Source: an uncultured Eubacteriales bacterium
Lineage (GTDB): Bacteria > Bacillota > Clostridia > Christensenellales > CAG-138
Assembly (NCBI GenBank): GCA_902792295.1
Contig: CADAZC010000021.1
Location: 1 to 54,430, forward strand
Direction: 5' to 3'
Length of the DNA stretch: 54,430 nucleotides
Shown here in pieces: positions 30,575-39,754 of this stretch. How positions within the stretch are numbered: position 1 is the stretch's first letter; each line of letters begins with the position of its first letter. The translations under genes were made by a program, and so were the position numbers. The notes below the pieces were generated by a model. The model was given only the letters and a program-made list of their open reading frames with translations, was not told where the DNA came from and ran no database searches.

Positions 30575-32008
30575 ATGCTGTTATCGGGCATTGCCGCAGA
30601 TCTCGGCATGACGATCACCGGCGGAGACGCCGAGATCACGTCGGTCGAATACGATTCCAGAAAGGTCAGGGACGGGAGTCTGTTCTGCTGTATGCAGGGA
30701 CTCATTTCCGACGGACATAACTTTGCCGCGCAGGCGGTGGAAAAGGGCGCCGCGGCGCTGCTTGTCGAACGGCTGCTGCCGCTTGATGTGCCGCAGATCG
30801 TGGTGCCGGACGGACGCGTCGCCATGGCGCACGCCGCCGCCGCGTTTTACGGACATCCCGAGCGCGAGATGCTCATGCTCGGCGTCACCGGCACGAACGG
30901 CAAGACGAGCACGACCTACATGGTCAAGTCGATCGCCGAAGCCGCGGGCATGAAGGTGGGGCTCATCGGCACGATCCGAAACATGATCGGCGACACGATG
31001 CTCGAAACCGGCAGGACCACGCCGGAATCGGCGGACCTGTTTGCGCTTTTGAGGCGGATGGCGGACGAACACGTCGATCTCGTCATTATGGAGGTTTCGA
31101 GCCACGCGCTCGTGCAGGACCGCGTCGCGGGCATCCAGTTCCGCGTCGGACTGTTCACGAATCTCACGCAGGACCATCTGGACTACCACAAGACGTTCGA
31201 TCACTACCTCGAAGCGAAAAAACTGCTGTTCCGGCAGAGCGACATGGCGATCATCAACATCGACGACGCCTATGCGGAACGCATGACGGACGGGCTTACC
31301 CTGCCGATCAAAACGATGGGCATTCAGCACCGCGCGGATTATACCGCGATCAACATCGACATCCGCACCGACGGCGTTCGCTTTCATCTGCGCACGCCCA
31401 ACGGCGAAGGTCCCGTGCGCATGCACATCTCCGGTCTGTTCTCGGTGTATAACGCCATGGGCGCGGCGGCGATGATGCAGGCGGTCGGCGCGTCGTTCGG
31501 CGACATCATCAAGGGGCTCGAATCGCTTTCCGGCGTCTCGGGAAGATTGCAGTCGGTCGACACGAACGGACGTCCGTTCTCGGTCTACGTCGACTATGCG
31601 CATACGCCCGACGCGCTCGAAAACGTGCTGAACTCGGTGCACGCGTTCGCGAAGGCGCGCGTCGTCAGCTTGTTCGGCTGCGGCGGGGACCGCGACCGCA
31701 CCAAGCGTCCGCTGATGGGCGAGATCGGCGGGCGGCACTCGGATTTCGTCGTCGTCACAAGCGACAATCCGCGTACCGAGAATCCGGACGACATCGTCCG
31801 CGCCGTGGAGCTCGGCGTGCAGAAGAGCGGCACGCCGTTCGTCTCGATCGTCAACCGCAGGGAGGCGATCGCATACGCGCTTTCGATCCTTGAGCCGGAC
31901 GACATCCTCGTCATCGCGGGCAAGGGGCATGAAAATTATCAGGAGATCAACGGCGTCAAGCATCATTTTGACGACCGCGAGATCGTGGAAGAGATCCTGA
32001 AGGATTAA
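30575..32008 (+). CDS. murE: UDP-MurNAc-tripeptide synthetase (meso-DAP type)
   Basis: GTNGKTS, DYAHTPD, DNPR, GKGHE. Confidence 0.95.
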   Translation: MLLSGIAADLGMTITGGDAEITSVEYDSRKVRDGSLFCCMQGLISDGHNFAAQAVEKGAAALLVERLLPLDVPQIVVPDGRVAMAHAAAAFYGHPEREMLMLGVTGTNGKTSTTYMVKSIAEAAGMKVGLIGTIRNMIGDTMLETGRTTPESADLFALLRRMADEHVDLVIMEVSSHALVQDRVAGIQFRVGLFTNLTQDHLDYHKTFDHYLEAKKLLFRQSDMAIINIDDAYAERMTDGLTLPIKTMGIQHRADYTAINIDIRTDGVRFHLRTPNGEGPVRMHISGLFSVYNAMGAAAMMQAVGASFGDIIKGLESLSGVSGRLQSVDTNGRPFSVYVDYAHTPDALENVLNSVHAFAKARVVSLFGCGGDRDRTKRPLMGEIGGRHSDFVVVTSDNPRTENPDDIVRAVELGVQKSGTPFVSIVNRREAIAYALSILEPDDILVIAGKGHENYQEINGVKHHFDDREIVEEILKD

Positions 32009-32021
32009 AAGGGGACGGAGT

Positions 32022-33053
32022 ATGGAAACCATCGTACTGAATTCACTGCTTGCGCTGCTCGTCGCGTTCGGCGTCGCGGCGCTGCTGGGACCGCTCGTCA
32101 TTCCGATTCTGCACCGGCTGAAGTTCGGACAGAACGTGCGCGACGACGGACCGAAGACGCACTTGAAAAAGCAGAACACGCCCACGATGGGCGGCGTGAT
32201 GATCCTCATTGCGGTCGTCGCGGCAACGCTGATCTTTGCGCACAGGAACTATTCGCTTGCGGTCTGGGCGCTGCTCTTCACGGTGCTGTTCGGGCTGATC
32301 GGGTTTCTGGACGATTTTATCAAGATCGTCAAGAAGCGTTCGCTGGGACTTCGCGCGTGGCAGAAAATCGTTGCGCAGTTCGTTCTGGCGCTCGGGTTCG
32401 CGCTTGCGCTGTACTTCCACCCGTCGGTGGGCAGCACGCTCTGGTTCGATAAGCTCGACCTCGGCGTCTTCTATATTCCGTTTGCGATGTTCGTGATCAT
32501 CGCGACGGTCAACTCGGTCAACCTGATCGACGGTCTGGACGGGTTAAGCAGTTCCGTCACGTCGGTTTATTCGCTCGCAAGCGGCATCATGGTCATTCTC
32601 TATGTTCTGACCTACCCGTCCGCTTCGATGCAGGGCGAAGCCGCCGTCGCCGCCGCCGAAACGCTCGAAGGGCTTTCGGGGATCGCGGTGTTCGCATTCG
32701 CCGTCGCGGGCGGCTGCATGGGATTCCTGGTGCACAACACCTATCCCGCAAAAGTTTTCATGGGCGATCTCGGCGCGTTCACGCTCGGCGGTGCGGTCGC
32801 TGCAATGGCGCTTCTCACCCGCACCTCGCTGCTTCTGCCGCTGATGGGTATCCTGTATGTGGTGACGTCCGTGTCGGTCATTCTGCAGGTCGGCTCCTAT
32901 AAGCTCCGCAAAAAGCGCATCTTCCGCATGGCGCCGCTGCATCATCACTTTGAGCTCGGCGGTACGCCGGAAACGAAGATCGTTTCGATGTATACCGTGG
33001 TGACCGCGATCGCAAGCGCGTGCGCGCTCATGATCTTCTGGTTCTGCAAGTAA
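32022..33053 (+). CDS. mraY: Phospho-MurNAc-pentapeptide transferase
   Basis: TPTMGG, NLIDGLDGL, FMGDLG, MAPLHHHFE. Confidence 0.96.
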   Translation: METIVLNSLLALLVAFGVAALLGPLVIPILHRLKFGQNVRDDGPKTHLKKQNTPTMGGVMILIAVVAATLIFAHRNYSLAVWALLFTVLFGLIGFLDDFIKIVKKRSLGLRAWQKIVAQFVLALGFALALYFHPSVGSTLWFDKLDLGVFYIPFAMFVIIATVNSVNLIDGLDGLSSSVTSVYSLASGIMVILYVLTYPSASMQGEAAVAAAETLEGLSGIAVFAFAVAGGCMGFLVHNTYPAKVFMGDLGAFTLGGAVAAMALLTRTSLLLPLMGILYVVTSVSVILQVGSYKLRKKRIFRMAPLHHHFELGGTPETKIVSMYTVVTAIASACALMIFWFCK

Positions 33054-33064
33054 GGAGGAAGGGT

Positions 33065-34414
33065 ATGGCAAAGCAAAAAACGGCGCTGATCGTCGGCATG
33101 GCAAAGAGCGGCATCGCCGCGGCGCGTCTTCTGTATCAGGACAATTACCGCATCATCGTCAACGATATGAAGCCCGAAATCAAGGGGCTCTTTGAGCAGC
33201 TTTCGGGCATTGCATATGAGGTCAAGCTCGGCGCGAACCCGATGGATCTTCTGGACGGCGTGGATCTTCTGATCCCGAGTCCCATCATTCCGATGACGCG
33301 CAACTTCATCGTCGAAGCAAAGCGCCGCGGCATCGAGGTCATCTCCGAGATCGAGCTCGGCTACCGCTATTCGAAGGCGGACTTCGTCTGCGTCACCGGC
33401 ACCAACGGCAAAACGACCTGCACGGCCTTGACCGGCGAACTCTTCAAGGCGGCGGGCAGAAAGACCTTTGTGCTCGGCAACATCGGCGTCGCGATCTCGG
33501 CGCATGCGCTCGAAACGAAGCCCGGCGACGTCGTCGTGGCGGAGACCGCTGCGCTGCAGCTCGAAGGCAACGTTCGCTTCCACGCGAAGGCGGCGGGCGT
33601 GTGCAACATCACGCCGGACCATCTCGACCACTTCGGCACGATGGAAAACTACATCGAAGCGAAGGCGAAGATCCTCGACAATCAGACCGCGGACGATTAC
33701 GCGGTGCTGAACTGGGACGACGAAACGGTCCGCGGCTTTGCAAAGAGAACGCCGGCGCACGTGCTGTACTTCTCGCGCAAGACCGAGGTCGAAAACGGCA
33801 TGTTCGTGCGCGACGGCATCCTCGTGTACCGCATGAACGGCGAGGAGCGCGAGCTGATGCCCGCCGACGAGATCCGCATTCCCGGCGCGCACAACCTCGA
33901 AAACGCCATGCTCTGCGCGCTTCTGGGACTTTCGCAGGGGATCGCGCCGGAAACGATCCGCGAGGTCTTCCGCACCTTTGCGGGCGTCGAGCACCGCATC
34001 GAGTATGTCTGCACGAAGCAGGGCGTCGATTACATCAACGATTCGAAGGGCACGAATCCCGCAAGCACGATCCGCGCGATCGAGGCGATGAAAAAGCCGA
34101 CCGTGCTGCTCCTGGGCGGCTACGACAAGCACATCGGCTTCGATGAGCTGTTCGACGCGTTCACGCCGATCGTCAAGGCGTGCGTTGTGCTCGGCGATAC
34201 GAAAAAACAGATTCTGGACTGCGCAAAAGCGCACGGCTATGAGCATCTCATGCATACGGCGGAAACGTTCCGCGACGCGGTGGACAAGGCGCATAACCTT
34301 GCGGAGCCGGGCGACTGTGTGCTCTTGAGCCCCGCCTGCGCAAGCTGGGATATGTTTGACAACTACGAAACGCGCGGAAGAGTATTCAAGGAGATCGCGC
34401 GCGCATACGAATAA
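33065..34414 (+). CDS. murD: UDP-MurNAc-L-Ala-D-Glu ligase
   Basis: GTNGKTT, PDHLD, NDSKGTN, SPACASWDMF.NY..RG. Confidence 0.95.
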   Translation: MAKQKTALIVGMAKSGIAAARLLYQDNYRIIVNDMKPEIKGLFEQLSGIAYEVKLGANPMDLLDGVDLLIPSPIIPMTRNFIVEAKRRGIEVISEIELGYRYSKADFVCVTGTNGKTTCTALTGELFKAAGRKTFVLGNIGVAISAHALETKPGDVVVAETAALQLEGNVRFHAKAAGVCNITPDHLDHFGTMENYIEAKAKILDNQTADDYAVLNWDDETVRGFAKRTPAHVLYFSRKTEVENGMFVRDGILVYRMNGEERELMPADEIRIPGAHNLENAMLCALLGLSQGIAPETIREVFRTFAGVEHRIEYVCTKQGVDYINDSKGTNPASTIRAIEAMKKPTVLLLGGYDKHIGFDELFDAFTPIVKACVVLGDTKKQILDCAKAHGYEHLMHTAETFRDAVDKAHNLAEPGDCVLLSPACASWDMFDNYETRGRVFKEIARAYE

Positions 34415-34426
34415 ACCGGAGGAATC

Positions 34427-35587
34427 ATGGCGGAACAGAAGGCGAAAAAAGAATCGGTATTCAAGCGCATCAAGAGTCTGCGGCTGACGCGCGGCAAGAT
34501 GGACTTTTCCATCCTGCTGGTGGTTTCCGCGCTCTGTGCGTTCGGCCTCGTCATGATCTTTTCCGCCAGCTATTACTACGCGCAGCATTATTCCGGCGCC
34601 GGCAACGACAGCTTCTATTACCTCAAGCGTCAGCTTCTGTACCTGATGATCGGCTATCCGGTCATGCTGCTGGTTTCGATGATCGACTACAACGTCATCG
34701 AGCGCCTGCGCTCGGTGTTCCTTGCGGCGTCGATCCTGATGCTGATCGCGGTGCTTTTGTGGGGCAAGGACTTAAACGGCGGCAAGCGCTGGCTGGACAT
34801 CGCCGGTATCTCGATTCAGCCGAGCGAGCTTGCAAAGTTCGGTCTGATGATCTTCATGTGCTCGTACATGTCGCGGCACAAGAATGAGATGCACACGTTC
34901 CGCTTCGGCATGCTGCCCATGCTGATCGCGATCGGCTTTATCGCGGGTCTCGTCATGCTGCAGCCGAATATGTCCATGGCGGTCATCATCGGCTTCATCG
35001 GCGTCGTTCTGCTGTATCTCGGCGGCTGCGACCTCAAACAGCTGATCATTCTCGGTATTCTGGCGGTCATCGCGGTGTTCGTACTCGCATTCGCGCAGCC
35101 GTACCGCGTGGCGCGCATGACCTCGTTTTCCAACCCCGAAACCGACCCGCTCGGCAGCGGCTATCAGCTTTTGCAGTCGTACTACGCGATCGGTTCCGGC
35201 GGGTTCTTCGGAAAGGGTCTGAACAACAGCTATCAGAAGCTCCTGTATATGACCTACGGCGAATCGGACTTCATCTTTGCGATCCTGTGCGAGGAGTTCG
35301 GCTTCTTCGGCGGGCTCGTCGTGATTCTGATGTACGCGTGGATCGTGTTCCGCGGCATCGTGATTTCCATGCGCTGCCGCGACCGGTTCGGAAGCTTGCT
35401 CGCCGCCGGTATTTCGATCGTTTTCGGGTTCCAGGTGTTCGTCAACATCGGCGTCGTCACGGGACTTTTGCCCACGACGGGACAGTCGCTGCCGTTCATA
35501 TCGGCGGGGGGCACGTCGCTCATCGTCTTCCTGTCCGCAATGGGACTTCTTTTGAGCATCTCGCGCGACCTGAACCCGCGAACCTAA
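34427..35587 (+). CDS. ftsW: SEDS peptidoglycan polymerase FtsW/SpoVE
   Basis: IQPSELAK, GYQ, SDFIFAI..EEFG, LPFISAGGTS. Confidence 0.93.
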   Translation: MAEQKAKKESVFKRIKSLRLTRGKMDFSILLVVSALCAFGLVMIFSASYYYAQHYSGAGNDSFYYLKRQLLYLMIGYPVMLLVSMIDYNVIERLRSVFLAASILMLIAVLLWGKDLNGGKRWLDIAGISIQPSELAKFGLMIFMCSYMSRHKNEMHTFRFGMLPMLIAIGFIAGLVMLQPNMSMAVIIGFIGVVLLYLGGCDLKQLIILGILAVIAVFVLAFAQPYRVARMTSFSNPETDPLGSGYQLLQSYYAIGSGGFFGKGLNNSYQKLLYMTYGESDFIFAILCEEFGFFGGLVVILMYAWIVFRGIVISMRCRDRFGSLLAAGISIVFGFQVFVNIGVVTGLLPTTGQSLPFISAGGTSLIVFLSAMGLLLSISRDLNPRT

Positions 35588-35644
35588 GCACATTCCTTTT
35601 CCGCACCGCATAAGATGTGGTATCATGCGGAAGGGACTTTGAAG

Positions 35645-36925
35645 ATGTCAAACTGGCTTGTGCGCGGCGGCGCCGTTCTTGAGGGAACGGTTTCGGTCCA
35701 GGGATCGAAGAACGCGGCGCTGCCGATTCTTGCGGCAACGCTGCTCGTGGAAGAACCCGTAAGACTTCTGAACTGCCCGGTGATCCGGGATGCGGAAAAC
35801 ATGATCCGGATCCTTGAATCGCTCGGCTGCACGGTGAAGCGGGAGGGGGACGCGCTGATCGCAGACAGCCGCACGGCAAACCGTTTCGTGCTGCCGACGG
35901 CGCTTTCCGGCGAACTGCGTTCCTCGATCTTCCTGCTCGGCTCCGTGCTTTCAAGGTTTTCGGAAGCGGACGCCCCGTACCCCGGCGGCTGCGAGATCGG
36001 CAATCGCCCGATCGACCTGCATCTTGAGGGGCTCCGGCGGCTGAACGCCGGCATCGAGGAAAAGGGCGGACGCATCCGCTGTACGGGCGGCAGCTTAAAA
36101 GGCGCAACCGTCGATTTGAGCTATCCGAGCGTCGGCGCGACCGAAAACATCATGCTCGCCGCATGCCGCGCAAAAGGCACGACGACGATCCGCAACGCGG
36201 CGTGCGAACCGGAGATCGTCGATCTGCAGCAGTTTCTGTGCGCCTGCGGGTTCCGTGTGCACGGCGCGGGCACGCCGACGATCACGATCGACGGTGTGAA
36301 AAGAGGGCACGGTACGAGCTACCGCATCATGCCGGACCGTATCGCGGCGGGGACGTACCTCGTCGGCGCGGCAATCACCGGCGGCGACGTCACGGTGACC
36401 GGCACGCAGCCGGAAACCGTCGATACGCTGCTCTTTAAGCTTTCGGAATGCGGGTGCGAGGTCACGAAAAAAGACGATTCGGTGCGCGTACGCGCAAAGG
36501 ATCGTATCGGCGCGGTCGGCTTTACCGAAACGCGCCCGTACCCGGGGTTTCCCACCGATCTGCAGCCGCAGCTTTTCAGTCTGCTGTCGCGGGCGGACGG
36601 GACTTCGGTGCTCACGGAGAACGTGTTTGAAAGCCGTTTCAAGCACGCGCAGGAATTGAAAAAGATGGGTGCGCAGAACCGCATCCTCGACCGCACGGCG
36701 ATCATCTCCGGCGTGGAGAAGTTCCACGGCGCAAGCGTAACGGCGCACGATCTGCGCGGCGGCGCGGCGCTCGTGCTTGCGGGGCTCTCGGCGGAGGGCG
36801 AAACGCAGATTCAATATGCGGAGCGGATCGAACGCGGCTATGAACGAATGGACAGCGTAATCGCGTCCCTGGGCGGGACGATCACACGAAAGGAAAAAGG
36901 CATTGGCGAAGAAGAACAAGCGTGA
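35645..36925 (+). CDS. murA: UDP-GlcNAc 1-carboxyvinyltransferase
   Basis: GSKNAALP, PGGCEIGNRPIDLH, PSVGATEN, PGFPTDLQ, DLRGGAAL. Confidence 0.95.
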   Translation: MSNWLVRGGAVLEGTVSVQGSKNAALPILAATLLVEEPVRLLNCPVIRDAENMIRILESLGCTVKREGDALIADSRTANRFVLPTALSGELRSSIFLLGSVLSRFSEADAPYPGGCEIGNRPIDLHLEGLRRLNAGIEEKGGRIRCTGGSLKGATVDLSYPSVGATENIMLAACRAKGTTTIRNAACEPEIVDLQQFLCACGFRVHGAGTPTITIDGVKRGHGTSYRIMPDRIAAGTYLVGAAITGGDVTVTGTQPETVDTLLFKLSECGCEVTKKDDSVRVRAKDRIGAVGFTETRPYPGFPTDLQPQLFSLLSRADGTSVLTENVFESRFKHAQELKKMGAQNRILDRTAIISGVEKFHGASVTAHDLRGGAALVLAGLSAEGETQIQYAERIERGYERMDSVIASLGGTITRKEKGIGEEEQA

Positions 36926-38324
36926 CGAACGGGCGAGCTTCCTGTTTGACGACGACGCGGGCAGGGATCGGGAAACGATCGACCTGTTCGGACCGGACGA
37001 GCCGTACGACGAGCCGGACGAGGAGCCGGACGACGAAACGGTCGAGCCGGACGAGGAGCCGGACGACGAAACGGTCGAGCCGGACGACGCGGACGAGGAA
37101 GCGCTTTCACCCGACGAACCGGACAAGCCCGAAAAGACGGACGGATCGGATAAAAAAACCGACACGCCCGAGTTTCGCTTTGACCGGTACGGACGCCGCA
37201 TCGGAAAAAAGAAAGCACGGTACGGCAAGCGCAAAAACGCGCCGAAGGCGACCACCACCGTCATCGAAAACGAGACCGTCGCGAAGCGCGAGTACGACGA
37301 CGCCCGCGCACGGAGCGAGGCGCGCGCCAAAAAACGCGCCCGCGAAGAGGCGAAAAAGGCGGCATTGCGAAAGGCGGAACGCCGCAAACTGCGGCAGCGC
37401 AGTCTTTCGACCGTGGTGCTGGGTGTGATCGCGGCGGCGGTGCTTCTGGGGCTCACATGGTTTGTGACGCGCTTGCAGAAGGTGAACGTGCCGTTCGTGC
37501 CGGAGGGCTATACCGCACAGCAGATCGTCGAACTGTCCGGTTTGAGCTCCAAGATCGGCAAACGCAGCGCGCTTTTCATCAGCACGCGCGACGTCGAAAA
37601 GCATATCCGCGAAACGGATACCTATCTCGATGCGACCGTCCGGTACGCATTCCCGTCCACGATCACCGTCACGGTGAGCAAACGTGACGAGGCGGCGTGC
37701 GTCCGCTGGGGTCCGCAGAACGAGTATCTGGCAATCATCGACGAAAACGGCACGGTGCTGAATGCGGCGGCGGAGACGACGAACGGTCTTCTGATCGCCG
37801 ACGGCATGAGCATTTCCAGCGCGGTCAACGGCGCGCGGCTCGGCGACGCAAGCGACATTCAGGTTGCCGCGCTGATCCGGCTGCTCGTAAAGCTCAAGGA
37901 GCTGGGCATTCTCGAACGCACCCCGCGCATCAACCGCATCGACATGACGGAGCTGATGCAGATCCGCATGTACGTCGAAGGCGCGCCGTACACGATCGAG
38001 GTCGGGGACACCTCAAACCTCGAAACGAAGCTCATGCTTTTGCAGAAGCACTGGACGGAGATCATGGACGAGGCGTCCGCGTTCATCCGCAGCGGCAAAA
38101 CCACCGCGACGATCTATCTGTACAGCAAAGGCGGCGTCAACATTTCGCCCTATGAACCGGGCTACATGCTTCCGACGCTCGCGCCGGCGTCCTTTGCGCC
38201 CACGACGCCATCGCCGGACGGTGCGCCGAGCGCGCCGCCGGAGGAGCAGCCGAGCGACGACTCGTACGAACAGCAGCCGGTCTCCACGCCGATGCCGCAT
38301 CAGGACAACCCGTTTACGGGCTAA
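36903..38324 (+). CDS. ftsQ: FtsQ/DivIB-like protein with long acidic N-terminal region
   Basis: Charged cytoplasmic domain, one TM, POTRA-like FPSTITVTV..R; position at the end of the dcw cluster. Confidence 0.75.
   Translation: MAKKNKRDERASFLFDDDAGRDRETIDLFGPDEPYDEPDEEPDDETVEPDEEPDDETVEPDDADEEALSPDEPDKPEKTDGSDKKTDTPEFRFDRYGRRIGKKKARYGKRKNAPKATTTVIENETVAKREYDDARARSEARAKKRAREEAKKAALRKAERRKLRQRSLSTVVLGVIAAAVLLGLTWFVTRLQKVNVPFVPEGYTAQQIVELSGLSSKIGKRSALFISTRDVEKHIRETDTYLDATVRYAFPSTITVTVSKRDEAACVRWGPQNEYLAIIDENGTVLNAAAETTNGLLIADGMSISSAVNGARLGDASDIQVAALIRLLVKLKELGILERTPRINRIDMTELMQIRMYVEGAPYTIEVGDTSNLETKLMLLQKHWTEIMDEASAFIRSGKTTATIYLYSKGGVNISPYEPGYMLPTLAPASFAPTTPSPDGAPSAPPEEQPSDDSYEQQPVSTPMPHQDNPFTG
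37011..37087 (+). repeat. 33-bp perfect in-frame tandem repeat (EPDEEPDDETV x2.3)
   Basis: gagccggacgaggagccggacgacgaaacggtc at 37011 and 37044, partial copy at 37077. Confidence 0.9.
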
Positions 38325-38523
38325 CGCATGCGGCCGCCCATAACGGCATCAGATCATTTGCGGCGAAAGAAAAAAGGCATATTCTGTGATGAAAAAAGGA
38401 CGCGGCGCGTCCTTTTCTTTTATTTCGTTCGCCGCAAATCAGCCGTGTTTTCGCCCTTTCGCATACGTCGGTATAGCTCAGGGCGAAGAACGCGGCATCA
38501 GATACCATTCTTGACGGCCTGCT

Positions 38524-38592
38524 CGGTCTGTTGAAACATCGTTTCAACAGACCGTTTTTTTGCGCAAAAAACGGAACCCTTTCGGGTTCCGT
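38524..38592. terminator. Two back-to-back terminators (+ for dcw side, - for rpsR)
   Basis: cggtctgttgaaac/gtttcaacagaccg followed by T7; A6 followed by cggaaccc/gggttccg. Confidence 0.8.
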
Positions 38593-38623
38593 GCTAAGCG
38601 GTCTTGTTGTGACTGATTGGTTC

Positions 38624-38838
38624 TTACTCTGCGCAGTAGGGCAGCAGAGCCATGATCCGCGCGCGCTTGATCGCGACCGCGAGATCGCGCTGATGCTCGG
38701 CGCACACGCCGGACATACGGCGAAGCCCTGCAGCTTTTTGATGTCCTTATAATCGATGGATGTGGCCTTCTCAACGCAGAAACGGCAAACTTTGCGTCTG
38801 CTTCTCGGACGACGGGGACGCAGTTTACGATCTTCCAT
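38624..38838 (-). CDS. rpsR: 30S ribosomal protein S18 with apparent internal deletion and frameshift at ~38721
   Basis: [18 protein letters not shown], then in a shifted frame [25 protein letters not shown]; the SERGKI.PR segment is missing. Confidence 0.92.
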
Positions 38839-38862
38839 GTGATGCCTCCTAAATATTGATGA

Positions 38863-39282
38863 TTAAAACGGTAAGTCGTCGGAATTGATGTCCGTGAATC
38901 CGGCAAGATCCTGCGCGGGCGCCTGCGGACGCGGTGCGGAATAACCGCTGCCGGAATCATCCGCCGCTTTGGGCGTCAGGAACTCGACTTCATCTGCCGA
39001 GACGTCAAGCGACATACGGGTGGTGCCGTCCTTCGCTTCGTAGGTCCGCGCCTGCAGTTCGCCGACGACGGCGACTTTGCGTCCCTTTTGCAGGTAACGC
39101 GCGCAGGTGTCGCCCAGCTGCCGCCAGGCGTTGATGCGGAAAAAGTCGGTTTGCTTTTCACCGCTCTGGTTTGCGAAGCGCCGGTTGACGGCGATGGTGA
39201 AGGTGCAGATGGTCACGCCGCTGGGCGTGCTGCGCACTTCGGGGTCGTGGGTCAGGTTGCCGATCAAAGTAATCTTATTCAT
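38863..39282 (-). CDS. ssb: Single-stranded DNA-binding protein
   Basis: LIGNLT.DPE, OB fold, C-terminal DDLPF. Confidence 0.96.
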   Translation of the reverse strand: MNKITLIGNLTHDPEVRSTPSGVTICTFTIAVNRRFANQSGEKQTDFFRINAWRQLGDTCARYLQKGRKVAVVGELQARTYEAKDGTTRMSLDVSADEVEFLTPKAADDSGSGYSAPRPQAPAQDLAGFTDINSDDLPF

Positions 39283-39324
39283 GCTTTCAAATTCCTCCGT
39301 TCTTTCGTGCTGTTACTTTGGTTC

Positions 39325-39612
39325 TTATGCTTCCTTGCGAGTGACCATGTAGCGCATGAGCCGTTCATCGTTGCGCATGTTGCGCTCCAGCTCACGGGGC
39401 AGTTCCGGATTCGCGCTGAAAACGACCAGAACATAATAGCCCTCGGTCTTGTAGTCGATCGGGTATGCCAGGCGACGCTTGCCCCATACCTCGGTCTTCT
39501 CGATCTCGCCGCCGTTTGCAGTGATAATGTCGGCAAACTTATCCATGACGACCTTATCCGCTTCCTCATCAAGTTCGGGCGTGATCACGTACAAAACTTC
39601 GTACTGATTCAT
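39325..39612 (-). CDS. rpsF: 30S ribosomal protein S6
   Basis: MNQYEVLYVI.P, WGKRRLAYPI, EGYYVL. Confidence 0.97.
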   Translation of the reverse strand: MNQYEVLYVITPELDEEADKVVMDKFADIITANGGEIEKTEVWGKRRLAYPIDYKTEGYYVLVVFSANPELPRELERNMRNDERLMRYMVTRKEA

Positions 39613-39670
39613 GTGTTTCACCTCCTTGTGGACTTGTGGCCTTCTTTTGAAGGCAAGAAGGACCGTTAGC
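39613..39670 (-). ncRNA. S6:S18 ribosomal protein leader (rpsF autoregulatory RNA)
   Basis: ccuucuu-gccuuc-aaaa-gaaggc-cacaaguccac-aaggagg: inner hairpin, CCR motif and an anti-SD stem as in the Bacillota rpsF leader; TTGCAA-17-TATAGT promoter upstream. Confidence 0.8.
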
Positions 39671-39754
39671 TTTCGTACTATATCACATCTTTTCCCTGTT
39701 TGCAAGGGGTATTTTCCGGTTGTGTCAAAGATTTTTCTGTGATACAATACAAAC

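Noticed and set aside
38467-38530. tRNA-like start ggtatagctcag
   Set aside because: No pairing anticodon stem, no TTCRA T-loop and no acceptor stem
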